A stretch of 36,725 nt of DNA, taken from Alphaproteobacteria bacterium. GTDB taxonomy: Bacteria; Pseudomonadota; Alphaproteobacteria; CAAHEQ01; UBA3637. This document shows positions 9,008-19,251 of the stretch, one piece after another. Position numbers and translations under genes: made by a program. Position 1 is the first letter of the stretch. Every line of letters starts with the position of its first letter. Location of the stretch: positions 1 to 36,725 of the forward strand of contig JAZUJZ010000066.1 in assembly GCA_045643025.1 (NCBI GenBank). Reading direction: 5' to 3'. The notes under the pieces were generated by a model, which was not told the origin of the DNA, made no database searches, and saw nothing but the letters and a program-made list of their open reading frames with translations.

Positions 9008-9323
9008 TCATTCTGAAAGCACAAAAGGGCTGAAAACTTGTTTTGTTTGTAAAACAACCGGCCCACGCAGTGAAATGATGCGCTTTGTCGGGAAACCCGG
9101 GCAACAAATTTGTTTTGATGCTCAAGAGGTTTTACCCGGCAGAGGAATGTGGTTACACGCTAATTCAATGTGTCTGGAACAGGCAATCAATAAGCGTATT
9201 TTTAATAAAGCGGCAAAGGGAACCGTTCAAATTCCAGATAATTTTATGGAAGTGGTCAAAGCGCAATTGACCCGATATCCGGAAAAATTACGTCTATTTA
9301 ATCAAGGAGGAATCCATGAGTGA
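8982..9323 (+). CDS. ylxR: YlxR/DUF448-family RNA-binding protein
   Basis: KTCFVCKTTGPRSEMMRFV...LPGRGMWLH...C fits the YlxR pattern (R.C..C......L.R.V....GRG.y). Lies between nusA and infB. No alternative start downstream of the nusA stop, so a 26-nt overlap is retained. Confidence 0.7.
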   Translation: MKHNNHKNNHSESTKGLKTCFVCKTTGPRSEMMRFVGKPGQQICFDAQEVLPGRGMWLHANSMCLEQAINKRIFNKAAKGTVQIPDNFMEVVKAQLTRYPEKLRLFNQGGIHE

Positions 9324-11697
9324 AAAATTAACTTTATCGGGAAAAACATTATCTCTGGGGGGGACTCTACGTCCCAATTTGGGAAATCATACCGGCGTTC
9401 AGGTTGAGGTCAGAAAACAACGTCGTATTATCAGTCCCGACCAAAAACCCACTCTACTCAGTGAAAATGCCGCCCAAAAAATTAAACTTTTACAAGAAGC
9501 ACAAAAAGTCGCCGAACACGCCAAACAATTAGAGGCAGAACGTAAAGCCAAAGAAGAAAAAGAACGTCAAGAGGCAGAACGCAAAGCCATTGCAGAAGCC
9601 AAAAGACAGGCTGAATTGGCAGAAAAAATCGCCCGTGAATCCGAAAATCAAGCCAATCGTCAAGACAGAAAAAAAACAGAAGAGAATGAATTTTCAAAAA
9701 AACAAAAAGAATTTGAAATGCCCCAAAGTCCAAAAAATACTTTTGAACAAAGACGGGCTGGCAAAGTAAATTTGAATGCCTATAAACAATATCAACCCTC
9801 TGAAGATGAAGATAACGAAGATGAAAATGGTCCCCATCATCACAGACGGTCTTTGGCTTCCATTAAACGGGCCAGAGAAAAACAATATCAAAAATTCTTA
9901 AACGCCCAAAAAGGCCCCGCCGAAAAGGTGATTCATGATGTGATTATTCCGGAGACAATTACTGTTCAGGAATTGGCATCACGTATGGCGGAAAAAGGGG
10001 CTGATGTTGTAAAAACTTTAATGAAATTGGGAATGATGGTAACCATTACTCAAACGATTGATGCAGATACCGCAGAATTGGTTGTTACGGAAATGGGCCA
10101 TCGTGTCAAACAAAGGGTTTCTGAATCCGATGTGGAAAATGTATTAAAGCACGAAGAGGTTTCCATAGAACATTACCTACCCCGTCCTCCTGTTGTAACG
10201 GTGATGGGACACGTGGATCATGGGAAAACATCTTTGTTGGATGCCTTACGTTCCACTCATGTGGCAACCGGTGAAGCCGGAGGAATTACCCAACATATCG
10301 GTGCCTATCAAGTAGTATTAGCCAATAAACAAAAAATTACCTTTATTGATACCCCGGGACATGAGGCCTTTACGGCAATGCGTGCACGTGGGGCACAAAT
10401 AACGGATATCGTTATTCTGGTGGTGGCCGCTAATGATAGTGTTATGCCCCAAACAATTGAAGCAATTCACCATGCCCAAGCAGCCAAGGTTCCCTTGATT
10501 GTGGCTATCAATAAAATTGACGTTCCGGGGGCCAATCCGCAAAAAGTCCGCACGGATTTATTGCAATATGGTGTGGCTGTTGAATCAATGGGAGGCGATG
10601 TCTTAGAGGTAGAAGTTTCCGCCAAACAAAAGAAAAACTTGGATAAATTGGTTGAGGCCGTTTTATTACAGGCCGAAATGTTGGACTTAAAGTCCCCCCA
10701 GATTGGACCGGCAGAAGGTATTGTTGTTGAGGCCCGCATGGATAAAGGACGTGGTTCTGTTGCCACTGTGTTAATGCGCCGTGGAACTTTACATATCGGT
10801 GATATTTTCGTCACGGGTCAACAATGGGGACGGGTTCGCTCCATGACAAATGCCAAGGAAGAAAAACTCTTAACAGCCGTTCCTGCCCAACCGGTGGAAG
10901 TCGTCGGTTTAAACGGAACACCTTCGGCAGGGGATGATTTTGTGGTTGTCAAAGACGAAAACACAGCCCGTGAAATTTCATCTTATCGTGAAAGAAAAGC
11001 CCGTGAATTACTAAATGTGAAACGGATTGGTGGCACAGAGGGATTATTAGCCAAAATTAAAGCCGGTGAAATAAAAGAAGTTCCTGTGTTAATTAAAGCA
11101 GACGTGCAAGGTTCTGTTGAGGCGTTGAATGGTATTTTATCCAAAATTAAAAATGATGAAGTCAAAGTCAATATTATGCATTCGGCCGTTGGGGCGATTA
11201 ATGAAACAGATATTACCTTAGCCAGAGCCAGTCATGCGATTGTTATCGGATTTAATGTCCGTGCCAATCCCGGTGCCAGAGATATGGCCAAGCGAGATGG
11301 TGTAGATATTCGTTATTACTCCATCATCTATGATGTGGCCGATGATATGAAAAAAGCCGTTGAAGGTTTATTAACACCTGAAGAACATGAAAAATTATTG
11401 GGTCATGCGGAAATCAGACAAGTCATCAGCATTTCCAAGGTCGGTAAAATTGCGGGTTGTATGGTCACAGATGGTTTAATTAAACGAGGATCAAAAGTCC
11501 GTTTATTACGTGACAACGTGGTAATATTTACGGGAGATTTGGAACAATTGAAACGCATGAAAGATGACGTCAAAGAAGTTAAGGAAGGTTTTGAATGCGG
11601 TGTCAAATTGGCCAAATACGATGATATTAAAGTGGATGATGTTATTGAATCTTTTGAAATGGAACAAACCGCCGTTAAATTTGTTGCAAAAGAATAA
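9316..11697 (+). CDS. infB: Translation initiation factor IF-2
   Basis: 793 aa. GTPase motifs [21 protein letters not shown]. Charged K/E-rich N-terminal region. GGAGGA Shine-Dalgarno 5 nt upstream of the ATG. Confidence 0.96.
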   Translation: MSEKLTLSGKTLSLGGTLRPNLGNHTGVQVEVRKQRRIISPDQKPTLLSENAAQKIKLLQEAQKVAEHAKQLEAERKAKEEKERQEAERKAIAEAKRQAELAEKIARESENQANRQDRKKTEENEFSKKQKEFEMPQSPKNTFEQRRAGKVNLNAYKQYQPSEDEDNEDENGPHHHRRSLASIKRAREKQYQKFLNAQKGPAEKVIHDVIIPETITVQELASRMAEKGADVVKTLMKLGMMVTITQTIDADTAELVVTEMGHRVKQRVSESDVENVLKHEEVSIEHYLPRPPVVTVMGHVDHGKTSLLDALRSTHVATGEAGGITQHIGAYQVVLANKQKITFIDTPGHEAFTAMRARGAQITDIVILVVAANDSVMPQTIEAIHHAQAAKVPLIVAINKIDVPGANPQKVRTDLLQYGVAVESMGGDVLEVEVSAKQKKNLDKLVEAVLLQAEMLDLKSPQIGPAEGIVVEARMDKGRGSVATVLMRRGTLHIGDIFVTGQQWGRVRSMTNAKEEKLLTAVPAQPVEVVGLNGTPSAGDDFVVVKDENTAREISSYRERKARELLNVKRIGGTEGLLAKIKAGEIKEVPVLIKADVQGSVEALNGILSKIKNDEVKVNIMHSAVGAINETDITLARASHAIVIGFNVRANPGARDMAKRDGVDIRYYSIIYDVADDMKKAVEGLLTPEEHEKLLGHAEIRQVISISKVGKIAGCMVTDGLIKRGSKVRLLRDNVVIFTGDLEQLKRMKDDVKEVKEGFECGVKLAKYDDIKVDDVIESFEMEQTAVKFVAKE

Positions 11698-11699
11698 AA

Positions 11700-12533
11700 A
11701 TGTCCAGAATTGAATGTCTGACACCTCGGGGATTTTGCTTTGGCGTTCAGCATGCATTAAATTTGCTCAATGCTGTTATAACACAACGCCCTTTTGTTCT
11801 TCACGAGATTGTGCATAACACGCAAGTTGTGAATGAATATAAAAATCAGGGGGTCGTATTTGTTCAAAATATCCATGAAATTCCAGATGGAGCAACGTGT
11901 GTCATTTCCGCACATGGCGCTGATTTAACAACATTTCAACAGGCCAAAGAAAAAAATTTAAATCTCATTGACGCAACTTGTCCTTTGGTTCAAAAAGTCC
12001 ATCAGCAGGCCATCTCTTTAGCCCGTCAAAAAAGAGCCATCGTTTTAATTGGCACCCCCAATCATGATGAAGTGATAGGAACTTTAGGTCACCTCCCACC
12101 CGACACACCCACATATTTAATTCATACCATTCAAGATGTTCAAAAAATTCCCAATATTCCTTTGGGAATTATCACGCAAACAACCTGGAATGAAGAGAAA
12201 ATACAACCTATTTTAACGGAAATTCAAAAGCATTGTTCTGATGTCATTTATCAAAAGGGAATTTGTCAAGCCACCACCGAAAGACAAAAAGCCGTTAAAG
12301 AGGCCTGTAAATGGGCCGATACCCTGTTAGTCATCGGGGACGAAAAATCCGCCAATGCGCAACAACTGAAAAAAATTGCTCTTGAAAGAAATAAAAGGGC
12401 CTATATTCTGCAAACACAAAAAGATCTAGAGGGAAAAGAAATCCAGGGAAATATTGCCATTACGGCAGCCGCATCTGCCCCAGAAAAAATTGTTCAAAGC
12501 GTATTCAAAAATCTGAAAACAAAAAATCGATAA
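11700..12533 (+). CDS. ispH: 4-hydroxy-3-methylbut-2-enyl diphosphate reductase (MEP pathway)
   Basis: GFCFGVQHAL, HEIVHN, SAHG, ATCPLVQKVH, NHDEVIG, GICQATTERQ. The three Fe-S cysteines appear present. Short at 277 aa. ATG lies 2 nt after the infB stop. Confidence 0.88.
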   Translation: MSRIECLTPRGFCFGVQHALNLLNAVITQRPFVLHEIVHNTQVVNEYKNQGVVFVQNIHEIPDGATCVISAHGADLTTFQQAKEKNLNLIDATCPLVQKVHQQAISLARQKRAIVLIGTPNHDEVIGTLGHLPPDTPTYLIHTIQDVQKIPNIPLGIITQTTWNEEKIQPILTEIQKHCSDVIYQKGICQATTERQKAVKEACKWADTLLVIGDEKSANAQQLKKIALERNKRAYILQTQKDLEGKEIQGNIAITAAASAPEKIVQSVFKNLKTKNR

Positions 12534-12546
12534 AATATGATATTTT

Positions 12547-12576
12547 AAAAGCCCCAAGATGGGGCTTTTTTATTTT
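12547..12576. terminator. Bidirectional Rho-independent terminator between convergent ispH and the orphan gene
   Basis: AAAA-GCCCCA(12551-12556)-AGA-TGGGGC(12560-12565)-TTTTTTATTTTT. Perfect 6-bp GC-rich stem, 3-nt loop, A-run upstream and T-run downstream. Confidence 0.75.
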
Positions 12577-12579
12577 TGT

Positions 12580-13623
12580 TTATCCACGTCCTGATTTTTT
12601 AACAGGTTTTATCAATCGTGTTTTGGGTGTTTTTTTATCCTCAAGAACGATTACTTCACCCGCTTTTGCTTTTTCTTCCAAAGCTTTTTGCATTTCACGG
12701 ACAGACATTTGATGGATTCTTTGAATGGCCTTTGAAATACTTTTTTTCTCGGGTTTTTCTTTCAATTTACCTTCCGAGAATAATTCTTTAGATTCATCAT
12801 AAAATTCTTTACCAAAACCAGCACCATAGGCATCAAATCCATGTAATAACAAAGTTTTTCTCATATTCGGCCATTCCCAGGTGTAAGATCCACCATCACC
12901 ATGTCCAAACACACCACGAAAATGCTTGTAATCAAATTTATCCATATCAAAAGCAGCACTTTCTAATGCCGTATCCAAGAAAGGACGAAGCGCTTTTAAT
13001 GCCCCAAAATACCCAATCAATGGATTTTTGCCATGTGGAAGGTAAGAGGTAAGATCCACTTTCGGACCATTTTTCCCCTTGGTATTCAAAATAATTTTAA
13101 ATGCTTTACGATAGAAATCTTGATCCTTTTTATGTATATCCTTCTCATAAAAACCTTGTAAAAACTCATCCATCAAACAATGACGACTGTCTATTTTTTC
13201 TCCCCGCATAATATCCACAGAATCTGATTGCATTAATTCTGATAAGGTTTTCAAAACTTTTTCTTGATCTTGCGGCAAAATATCATCATTCACTATATGG
13301 GCTAAATATTTTGCCATTTGTTTTTGTTGAGGTAGATCCTTAAAGTTGTCTTGCAACTGCCATCCTTCTTCGGTCAGTTCTTGCCGCATTTGTTCTCGCC
13401 CGACACGAACACCCCCTTTATAGGCATTATTAGCTCCTTTTATATGGGCCGCTTTTAAGGCGACATTTTTCGTTTCTAATGTTTCTGTCTTTTTTTGTAA
13501 GGTTGCATTTTCAGTCTTTAATTCAGCCAATTGTTCTTTCAAAACTTGGGCATCTTGTGCTTGTTTTTTTCGTTCTTCTGCTGTTTTACCAATTAAACCA
13601 AACCACATATCTTTTAATCCCAT
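12580..13623 (-). CDS. Hypothetical protein: N-terminal coiled coil, unrecognised central domain, Lys/Arg-rich C-terminus
   Basis: 347-aa ORF with its own terminator and upstream intergenic region. Heptad-like KEQLAELKTENATLQKKTETLETKNVALK. C-terminal KKTPKTRLIKPVKKSGRG. I recognise no family. Confidence 0.6.
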   Translation of the reverse strand: MGLKDMWFGLIGKTAEERKKQAQDAQVLKEQLAELKTENATLQKKTETLETKNVALKAAHIKGANNAYKGGVRVGREQMRQELTEEGWQLQDNFKDLPQQKQMAKYLAHIVNDDILPQDQEKVLKTLSELMQSDSVDIMRGEKIDSRHCLMDEFLQGFYEKDIHKKDQDFYRKAFKIILNTKGKNGPKVDLTSYLPHGKNPLIGYFGALKALRPFLDTALESAAFDMDKFDYKHFRGVFGHGDGGSYTWEWPNMRKTLLLHGFDAYGAGFGKEFYDESKELFSEGKLKEKPEKKSISKAIQRIHQMSVREMQKALEEKAKAGEVIVLEDKKTPKTRLIKPVKKSGRG

Positions 13624-13698
13624 TTTAAATCCTTTCTTTTATGGTTATATTCCTTTACTAGCATAAAACAAACACCAATGCAACATATAATTTCATTC

Positions 13699-13727
13699 TT
13701 TACATTTATTGAATTTTATGTTAAAAT
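13699..13727 (+). promoter_or_regulatory. Candidate sigma70 promoter (extended -10) for typA
   Basis: TTTACA (13699-13704), 17 nt, TAAAAT (13722-13727) preceded by TGT (extended -10 TGn). About 35 nt upstream of the typA ATG. Confidence 0.4.
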
Positions 13728-13762
13728 AGCGCATTGTTTTTTAAGTTTGAAAGAGGAAAAAA

Positions 13763-15580
13763 ATGAGTTTAAATATGCGTAATATCGCCATTATTGCCCA
13801 CGTGGATCATGGGAAAACAACTTTTGTGGATGCTTTTTTACGTCAATCGGGGGCTTTTCGTGAAAATCAACAGGTTGAAACCCGGGCCTTGGATTCCGGC
13901 GAATTGGAACGTGAACGTGGAATTACCATTTTAGCTAAATGCACCTCGGTGGAATGGCATAACTATCGTATTAACATCGTTGATACCCCCGGACACGCCG
14001 ACTTTGGTGGCGAAGTAGAACGCATTTTGTCCATGGTAGATGGCGTTATTTTATTGGTTGATGCGGCAGAAGGACCTCTCCCCCAAACGAAATTCGTATT
14101 GGGAAAGGCCTTAAAATTAGGTTTGCGTCCTATTGTGGTTATCAATAAAATTGACCGCCCGGATGCCCGTCCCATTGAAGTCAATAATGAAGTCTTTGAT
14201 TTATTTGCCAACTTGGGTGCCACCGATGAACAATTGGATTACCCCGTTTTATTTGCCAGCGGTCGTGAAGGATGGGCCATTGAAAATCTGAATGACGAAC
14301 ACATTAACATTGAACCATTATTTCAAAAAATTATTGACCACGTTCCCGCACCGCAAAGTGATGCCAAAGCACCTTTTAAGATGTTAGTCACGACTTTACA
14401 TATGGATCCCTTTGTAGGACGTGTTTTGACGGGTCGTATCACGTCAGGCAGTATCAAAACAAATCAAATGATTAAAGCCCTTTCCCGTGATGGTCAAACC
14501 GTTGAAACTGCTCGTGTCAGTAAAATTTTGGCCTTCCGAGGACTTAAAAACCAAGCGATTGAAGAAGGATTGGCCGGTGATATTGTCAGCATTTCCGGTT
14601 TCCAAAAGGCGACTGTGGCCGATACTTTATGCGACCAAGTGGTCACTGATGCAATTCAGGCACAACCCATTGATCCACCGACATTGGCGATGACATTCTC
14701 AATTAATACCTCTCCATTGGCAGGGCAAGATGGCGACAAAGTCACCAGTCGTATGATTTGGGATAGATTAGTCAAAGAAGCCGAAGGAAATGTGGCCCTC
14801 AAAATTTCCAGAACAGATTCAACGGATGCTTTTGAGGTAGCGGGTCGTGGTGAACTTCAATTGGGAATTCTCATTGAAACCATGCGTCGTGAAGGATACG
14901 AATTATCCGTCTCACGTCCCCGTGTCGTCTTTCAAGAAGAAAACGGACAAAAAATGGAACCGATGGAAGAAGTCGTTATTGATGTAGATGATGCTTACAC
15001 CGGTGTTGTGGTGGAAAAGATGGCTTTGCGTAAAGCTGAAATGACGGAAATGACTCCCTCTGGTGGGGGTAAGACACGTTTGATTTTCCATGCACCTTCC
15101 CGTGGTTTAATTGGTTACCACAGTGAATTTTTAACAGATACCTGTGGAACGGGTGTGATGAATCGAATTTTCCATAGTTATATTCCCTATAAGGGGGAAA
15201 TTCAAGCCCGCAGAAATGGTGTTTTAATTTCCACCGAAAATGGTAAATCTGTGGCCTATGCCCTGTGGTATATTCAAGAACGGGGTCCTCTTTTCATCGG
15301 TGCCGGTGTGGATGTGTATCCGGGAATGATTATCGGTGGTAATGCAAAACAAGGTGACATTGAGGTTAACCCTATTAAAGGAAAGAAATTGACCAATATG
15401 CGTGCAGCAGGTAAAGACGAAGCGGTTGTTTTAATTCCACCGACACAGATGCCGTTAGAGGCAGCCCTTTCCTATATTGCAGATGACGAATTGGTAGAAG
15501 TCACACCAAAACATATTCGCTTACGTAAAAAATATCTGGATTCCAACGAACGCCGTAAATTTGAACGGGGTCGTTTATAA
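13763..15580 (+). CDS. typA: Translational GTPase TypA/BipA
   Basis: 605 aa. [35 protein letters not shown]. Full-length BipA colinearity. Confidence 0.95.
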   Translation: MSLNMRNIAIIAHVDHGKTTFVDAFLRQSGAFRENQQVETRALDSGELERERGITILAKCTSVEWHNYRINIVDTPGHADFGGEVERILSMVDGVILLVDAAEGPLPQTKFVLGKALKLGLRPIVVINKIDRPDARPIEVNNEVFDLFANLGATDEQLDYPVLFASGREGWAIENLNDEHINIEPLFQKIIDHVPAPQSDAKAPFKMLVTTLHMDPFVGRVLTGRITSGSIKTNQMIKALSRDGQTVETARVSKILAFRGLKNQAIEEGLAGDIVSISGFQKATVADTLCDQVVTDAIQAQPIDPPTLAMTFSINTSPLAGQDGDKVTSRMIWDRLVKEAEGNVALKISRTDSTDAFEVAGRGELQLGILIETMRREGYELSVSRPRVVFQEENGQKMEPMEEVVIDVDDAYTGVVVEKMALRKAEMTEMTPSGGGKTRLIFHAPSRGLIGYHSEFLTDTCGTGVMNRIFHSYIPYKGEIQARRNGVLISTENGKSVAYALWYIQERGPLFIGAGVDVYPGMIIGGNAKQGDIEVNPIKGKKLTNMRAAGKDEAVVLIPPTQMPLEAALSYIADDELVEVTPKHIRLRKKYLDSNERRKFERGRL

Positions 15581-15598
15581 ACATATAAGAAGGGGCAT

Positions 15599-17383
15599 AT
15601 GCCAAAAAAAGAAATATCCTTTCTGGTTTTTATCAAAGAATTATTTCATATTTGTTGGAATGCCCCTCGTCATGTCAAACGTGGCCTGTTGTTATGCTGT
15701 TTATTCACGGGAATCAGTTCGTTGTTTTCTGCGTTGATTCCTGTCCTAATGGGACAAACATTAAATACATTACAAAACGCCATTCCAAAACATATTTTAA
15801 CGGGAATCGTGGTATTCTGGACTATTTTATATGTCTTTTCCGGTAAAATCGGACAATTGTTTGATGATATTACAAATAAATTTTCTGTCTGTGTTTATCA
15901 ACGTTATAATGTTTTGTTTCGCTTGGAAAAACTGAAATCATGTTTTGCGATGCCGGCTTTGGCTGCCTCAACAGAATTCAAACAAAAAATGGTGGCCTCT
16001 ATTCCGAAATTGGGTCTGCTGGGCGAAAACACAATTTACAGTTTAATTTGGAACATTTTTCATCAATTAAAATTTTTATGTTCCTATATAACACTTTTTG
16101 TTCTGACACCATTATATTCTCTGCTTATTCTATGCATTTCCATTTTACAAGGTTGGTTCACCATTTGGATTAACACCCGTTTAAAAGAAAAATCCGAAGA
16201 ACTGACACAACAGGAAACACAAAATAACACCTATCAGCAAGACGCATTAGAGAATATAGAAAACATCCAAATGTTGGGGATTGAGCATCAAATTTTAGAT
16301 GAATTAACCCAAGCACAAGTGGGCTATTTTGATAAATTAAAACATTATCAAATCAAAGAAATTTGGATGGGGTTAATTCCACATACTTTGAGTTTTATCA
16401 ATCAATGTCTCTTTGTTTATTTAGCATTAAAAGTGGCTTTTACACAAAACAATATCGGCTTATATATTATGCTCAGCGGATTGGCCACAGATGTTTTACG
16501 AGAAGTGGATGCGGTTTTGGGGCGATATAAATGGTTACACCAATTTTCAATTCAATATATGACCCTCAATAAAGAATTAACGGTCAATATGAATCTCACA
16601 CCTCGTTCAGGGAAAAAAGTCCTCAAAAGTAATGGAGATATTATTTTAAAAAATGTATCCTTCACCTATCCCAATGAGCGAAACGCCATATTAAACAACT
16701 TATCCTTAAAAATAAAAAGAGGGACTCGTATCGCTATTATTGGAGATAGCGGAATGGGAAAATCTACGTTGATTAATGTGATTCGTCATGCCTATGAAAT
16801 ACAAAAAGGTTCCGTTTATATTGGTTCCGATAACATCAGAACTTTTTCCAATAAATCTTTACATCAGATGATTACCTTTATTCATCAACACCCCACATTC
16901 TGGAATCAAAAAAACATCCGTGAAAATTTATTAATGTTCTATCGTGCTGCCACAGACAAAGATTTATATCAAGCATTAGAATCAGCCAATCTGTTAAATG
17001 AAATAATGAAAAAAAATCAAAAATTACAGGCACGTATTTCTGCCCTGTCGGCCGGACAAAAACAACGTTTGGCACTGGCACGTGCTTTTTTAAGGAAGAC
17101 ACCCCTCATTATCATGGATGAACCAACCGCCAATTTAGATACACACGCACAACAAAAAGTATTATTGGCTCTGCAAAATTTATCTAAAATAAAAGGACAT
17201 CATCCGACGGTGATCTTTGCCTCTAATGTTCCGGCCGAAATTGCCAGCGCTCAACGGATTCTGCTGTTGGAAAACGGAAAGATTATTGAAGATGGAGATC
17301 CAAAAAAATTAATGGCAAATCCAAATACAAAAGTATATAATCGTCTGAAGAAGTATCAATCATTATTTTTACCCGAAACATAA
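15599..17383 (+). CDS. ABC exporter, fused transmembrane and ATP-binding domains (MsbA-like architecture)
   Basis: 594 aa. N-terminal multi-TM half. Walker A GDSGMGKST, Q-loop FIHQHP, signature LSAGQKQRLALARAF, Walker B LIIMDEPTANLD. Confidence 0.85.
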   Translation: MPKKEISFLVFIKELFHICWNAPRHVKRGLLLCCLFTGISSLFSALIPVLMGQTLNTLQNAIPKHILTGIVVFWTILYVFSGKIGQLFDDITNKFSVCVYQRYNVLFRLEKLKSCFAMPALAASTEFKQKMVASIPKLGLLGENTIYSLIWNIFHQLKFLCSYITLFVLTPLYSLLILCISILQGWFTIWINTRLKEKSEELTQQETQNNTYQQDALENIENIQMLGIEHQILDELTQAQVGYFDKLKHYQIKEIWMGLIPHTLSFINQCLFVYLALKVAFTQNNIGLYIMLSGLATDVLREVDAVLGRYKWLHQFSIQYMTLNKELTVNMNLTPRSGKKVLKSNGDIILKNVSFTYPNERNAILNNLSLKIKRGTRIAIIGDSGMGKSTLINVIRHAYEIQKGSVYIGSDNIRTFSNKSLHQMITFIHQHPTFWNQKNIRENLLMFYRAATDKDLYQALESANLLNEIMKKNQKLQARISALSAGQKQRLALARAFLRKTPLIIMDEPTANLDTHAQQKVLLALQNLSKIKGHHPTVIFASNVPAEIASAQRILLLENGKIIEDGDPKKLMANPNTKVYNRLKKYQSLFLPET

Positions 17384-17394
17384 AAGGAGAAAAA

Positions 17395-18615
17395 ATGTCC
17401 CAAAAATTTACATCACAAATCTTGGCCTATATCGGATTGGGATTAGCCAGTCAAGCCCCCGTTAATTTAATCGGCGGAACATTGAAATACTGGTTTGCCA
17501 CATTAGATATTGATTTAGCCAAAATCGGATTGTTCGGATTGGTATTGCTCCCCTATACATTAAAATTTTTATGGGCTCCCTTTATTGACTCAGTCAACTT
17601 ACCGTGGGCAAAATATGTTGGACGTAAAAAAGCATGGGGATTATTGGTGCAACTGTTTATGATGCTTTTTTTATTTTTATTGTCTTTGGCCGATCCGGTT
17701 CAACATTTAATGTATGTTTTTACCCTCTGCTTGGGAATTGCCTTTATGACCGCTACCCAAGATATCGTCATTGATGCATTAAGAATTGATCTGTTTGAAG
17801 GAAAAAATCTCACCCGAGCTACTTCGTGTTATCAGTTGGGGGCCAGAATTGGAATGCTGTCTGCCGTCGCCGGAATGATTTTCTTATCGGCCCACATGGC
17901 GTGGCAATATGCCTATCAAATTTCTATTGCATTAATTTTTATCGGTTTTATTTCTATGTGGTGTTTAAAAGAACACAACACAGAAAAGACCCCCGCCAAC
18001 TTCTCCGAATTAGTCATTACCCCTTTTAAAGATCTTTTGCGACATGAAAAATTATGGATATTGGCCATTTTTGTCATTGCCTATAAACTGTGTAATGGTG
18101 TTTTGGGACCAATGGCCTATCCCTTTTATTATCAAGTCGGATTTACGGCAGAACAAATCTCCTTTATGTCCGGCACTTTAGGGGTCTTTATTACCATGTT
18201 GGGAATTTTTCTCGGGGGATTTTTAGCCATGGAAAAAAAGATTCGGGGCATTTTATTTGTCCTGGGCTTTATTGAAATCTTTACCTCGTTTGCCTTTGCA
18301 CAATTGGCCGAAATAGGCCCCAGCATGACCGCATTTTTTTGGGTTATCCTCTTTGATAATATTATCGGTGGAATCGGCACCGTCGCATGGGTTTCCTATC
18401 TGTCCAGTCTGTGCAACAAACGTTTTTCGGGAACCCAATATGCCTTTTTCACTGCATTAAATATGATTCCTTTGTCCTGCATTGCCAGTTCAGGGGGATT
18501 TTTGGCGGCCCATATGGGGTGGCCTTTATTCTTTGTGATGACAGGTATGCTCATGGTTCCTGCCCTATTCATGATTTTGTTCTGTAAAACTCTCTTCCAT
18601 ACCCATGCAAGTTAA
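17395..18615 (+). CDS. ampG: AmpG-family MFS muropeptide permease
   Basis: 406 aa, about 12 TM segments. The N-terminal LGLASQAPVNLIGGTLKYWF...IGLFGLVLLPYTLKFLWAPFIDS matches the AmpG signature. Confidence 0.8.
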   Translation: MSQKFTSQILAYIGLGLASQAPVNLIGGTLKYWFATLDIDLAKIGLFGLVLLPYTLKFLWAPFIDSVNLPWAKYVGRKKAWGLLVQLFMMLFLFLLSLADPVQHLMYVFTLCLGIAFMTATQDIVIDALRIDLFEGKNLTRATSCYQLGARIGMLSAVAGMIFLSAHMAWQYAYQISIALIFIGFISMWCLKEHNTEKTPANFSELVITPFKDLLRHEKLWILAIFVIAYKLCNGVLGPMAYPFYYQVGFTAEQISFMSGTLGVFITMLGIFLGGFLAMEKKIRGILFVLGFIEIFTSFAFAQLAEIGPSMTAFFWVILFDNIIGGIGTVAWVSYLSSLCNKRFSGTQYAFFTALNMIPLSCIASSGGFLAAHMGWPLFFVMTGMLMVPALFMILFCKTLFHTHAS

Positions 18616-18684
18616 ATATATCGTTTATTACCCCGCCTATCGCAAGCCCCTAAAGTCGCCCTCTGGCTGACCAGTGATGGTTCA

Positions 18685-18990
18685 ATGACCCACACAAAAT
18701 ATGCAGAGGAACACCGTATTTTACCCCAACTTTTTTCATCCTTGGGATATGTACATTACTCACCTTTTTGGGGTAAATATAAATTAGAACATTACCAAGG
18801 CGATATTACTTCGTCAATTTCCGGTTGGATAAAAAGATTAAAAGAAGAAAGAAGAGATAAATTACTCATTTATCGTGAAATTCAACGAAACCCCATATTT
18901 AAAAATCCAAAAGTCATGCGGGGAACCTACTTGGATTTATTGGCATTTCAAAAAAGAATATGCGAACGATCAGGTCGTTTCATCCAATAA
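18685..18990 (+). CDS. Hypothetical protein (possibly the 3' part of a frameshifted gene)
   Basis: 101-aa ORF with no recognised motif. A 21-codon ORF (ATG 18605, MQVKYIVYYPAYRKPLKSPSG) ends at 18670 in another frame, and the frame of this ORF is open back to 18616. Overlaps the ftsB 3' end by 21 nt. Confidence 0.35.
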   Translation: MTHTKYAEEHRILPQLFSSLGYVHYSPFWGKYKLEHYQGDITSSISGWIKRLKEERRDKLLIYREIQRNPIFKNPKVMRGTYLDLLAFQKRICERSGRFIQ

Positions 18991-19251
18991 AATCACATCA
19001 TCCGGATGTCCCATATTAAGCACACGCATTAATTCTTCCTCAATCACATCTTTAGATTGATTTTTAATGGCCTCTACCTTTAATCGTAAATCTGCCACCT
19101 GCTGTTGTAAATTATCATTGGATTGAACGGCTTGAACATATTCCGTTTTAAGTTCGTGTAACCTTAAAATGCCCCGATGACCATAAATCCCATGATAAAC
19201 GAAATAGGAAGTAATGACGATGGATAAAAAGGGGATTAAAAAATGTTTCAT
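18970..19251 (-). CDS. ftsB: Septum formation initiator, FtsB/DivIC family
   Basis: 93 aa. N-terminal TM (FLIPFLSIVITSYFVYHGIYG), then a coiled coil and EEELMRVLNMGHPDDVILL, typical of FtsB/DivIC. Confidence 0.75.
   Translation of the reverse strand: MKHFLIPFLSIVITSYFVYHGIYGHRGILRLHELKTEYVQAVQSNDNLQQQVADLRLKVEAIKNQSKDVIEEELMRVLNMGHPDDVILLDETT

Noticed and set aside
9482-11757. Minus-strand ORFs (62-116 aa) within infB and the infB/ispH junction
   Set aside because: They are antisense to the unambiguous IF-2 gene. The first two lie opposite the K/E-rich low-complexity region, which trivially yields open F/L-rich antisense frames.
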